DNA from: Candidatus Poribacteria bacterium
Lineage (GTDB): Bacteria; Poribacteria; WGA-4E; WGA-3G
Direction of reading: 5' to 3'
Assembly: GCA_963663765.2 (NCBI GenBank)
Contig: CAXXUA010000003.1
Span: 544,001-608,000, forward strand
Length of the DNA stretch: 64,000 nt
The translations under genes were made by a program, and so were the position numbers. Under the pieces are notes generated by a model. The model saw only the letters and a program-made list of their open reading frames with translations, ran no database searches and was not told the origin of the DNA. Shown here in pieces: positions 63,124-64,000 of this stretch. Numbering within the stretch: position 1 is the stretch's first letter; each line of letters begins with the position of its first letter.

Positions 63124-63217
63124 AAAATCTCCCCTTTTTAGTAATAGTTAGCGCATTTTACGCGCTTTCTTGTTAGTTCGAAAGTTGGGTTTCGCTGTCG
63201 GTCTATCCAACTTACAT

Positions 63218-63342
63218 CTACATTTTCAAATCTGCCCAACGAGTGGTAAATTTACCGGAGGCGGATACAAGTCCTCTCAGAAACAAGTAATAGTTGCGAA
63301 TGTAAATAGAATCACAAACAGACATGACACATAAAATCTCAT
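63218..63342 (-). pseudogene. Collapsed gene: signal peptide joined directly to a TTRW tail
   Basis: RBS AGGAG, MRFYVSCLFVILFTFATITCF, then (frame shifted) LRGLVSASGKFTTRWADLKM*. Confidence 0.7.
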
Positions 63343-63794
63343 TTTAAATTCTCCTGTAAAGTTAAAAGTTGAAATTATTTACCAATATTTGAACCTGCGG
63401 GTAACTCCACAGGAGCATTCTTTTAATACCCAATTAACTGGATTAATCTTATTTTTCGACTTTAGGTACGGTTTCCTAACCAATGACCAAAGAATTGTCC
63501 AGCGAGGATTCCGCACCCGTGAAAACAAGACGAATCATGTTAATCTGGTATAACACGGTCACAAGCGTCCAAATGCTATTTCTGTTGACACAATTCACAG
63601 AACGTACATCGTACACATATCGCTCGTAAGCCGTTTGATTTTGGTGGATTATTTTTTTCTCTACGCGCGTCCACCTGTCGCGAGGTCCTAAACCAATCGT
63701 GATTGTTAATGAAGTTTGCAACTGCTCCGGTTTTCTTGCCAACGGTTATTGATAGGTATGGTTTTGAACAATGTCTACAGTTATGAAGTACCCA

Positions 63795-63973
63795 CTATTT
63801 CAAAATCAACATTTTACGCAAGGCAGAATAATCCCCTGCCTTGAACTGATAAGAATACACGCCACTCGCCACAAGTTCTCCCTGCGCGTTTTTACCATAC
63901 CAATGGGCACCGTTGCTACGATAAGGTGTTTGATAAGTAAAATGTTGACATCCGTAAACAGTTTTCTTTTCAT
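63795..63973 (-). pseudogene. Collapsed gene: N-terminus joined to the end of a CTD
   Basis: RBS AAGGAG, MKRKLFTDVNILLIKHL, then (frame shifted) YRSNGAHWYGKNAQGELVASGVYSYQFKAGDYSALRKMLILK*. Confidence 0.7.
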
Positions 63974-64000
63974 TAGAAAATTCTCCTTTTCAATCATTAA

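Noticed and set aside
63476-63742. 88-aa ORF, considered as a RAYT or FN3 fragment
   Set aside because: No HUH or other diagnostic motif could be supported.

Overview
Bacterial window, most consistent with Candidatus Poribacteria (inferred from LamG expansions, secreted proteins ending in a PNYPNPFNPETWIPYQL...RKMxILK domain, and WD40-cohesin-dockerin proteins). About 1-16 kb holds catabolic and housekeeping genes (enolase-superfamily enzyme, two LamG proteins, aldehyde dehydrogenase, MoeB/ThiF, two Gfo/Idh/MocA oxidoreductases, a sugar-isomerase TIM barrel, an MDR dehydrogenase), with two broken tnpB elements among them. About 17.5-64 kb is a minus-strand array of paralogous secreted repeat proteins: three giant LRR-cadherin proteins, a CARDB/SH3/LRR protein, an LRR-lamin-tail protein, a WD40-cohesin-dockerin protein and two LamG proteins. 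Many are broken by an IS630 insertion, nonsense codons or frameshifts, or are collapsed to 'signal peptide + C-terminal tail' skeletons. Intergenic DNA carries nested non-autonomous elements: at least seven MITE-like families with different terminal inverted repeats, each carrying GTAG/GTGG REP-type hairpins; a 176-bp x5 tandem array; and a 36-bp hairpin element found only inside other hairpin repeats, without target duplication. No rRNA, tRNA, CRISPR array, cas gene or reverse transcriptase was seen. All calls come from reading the sequence by eye; no searches were run.
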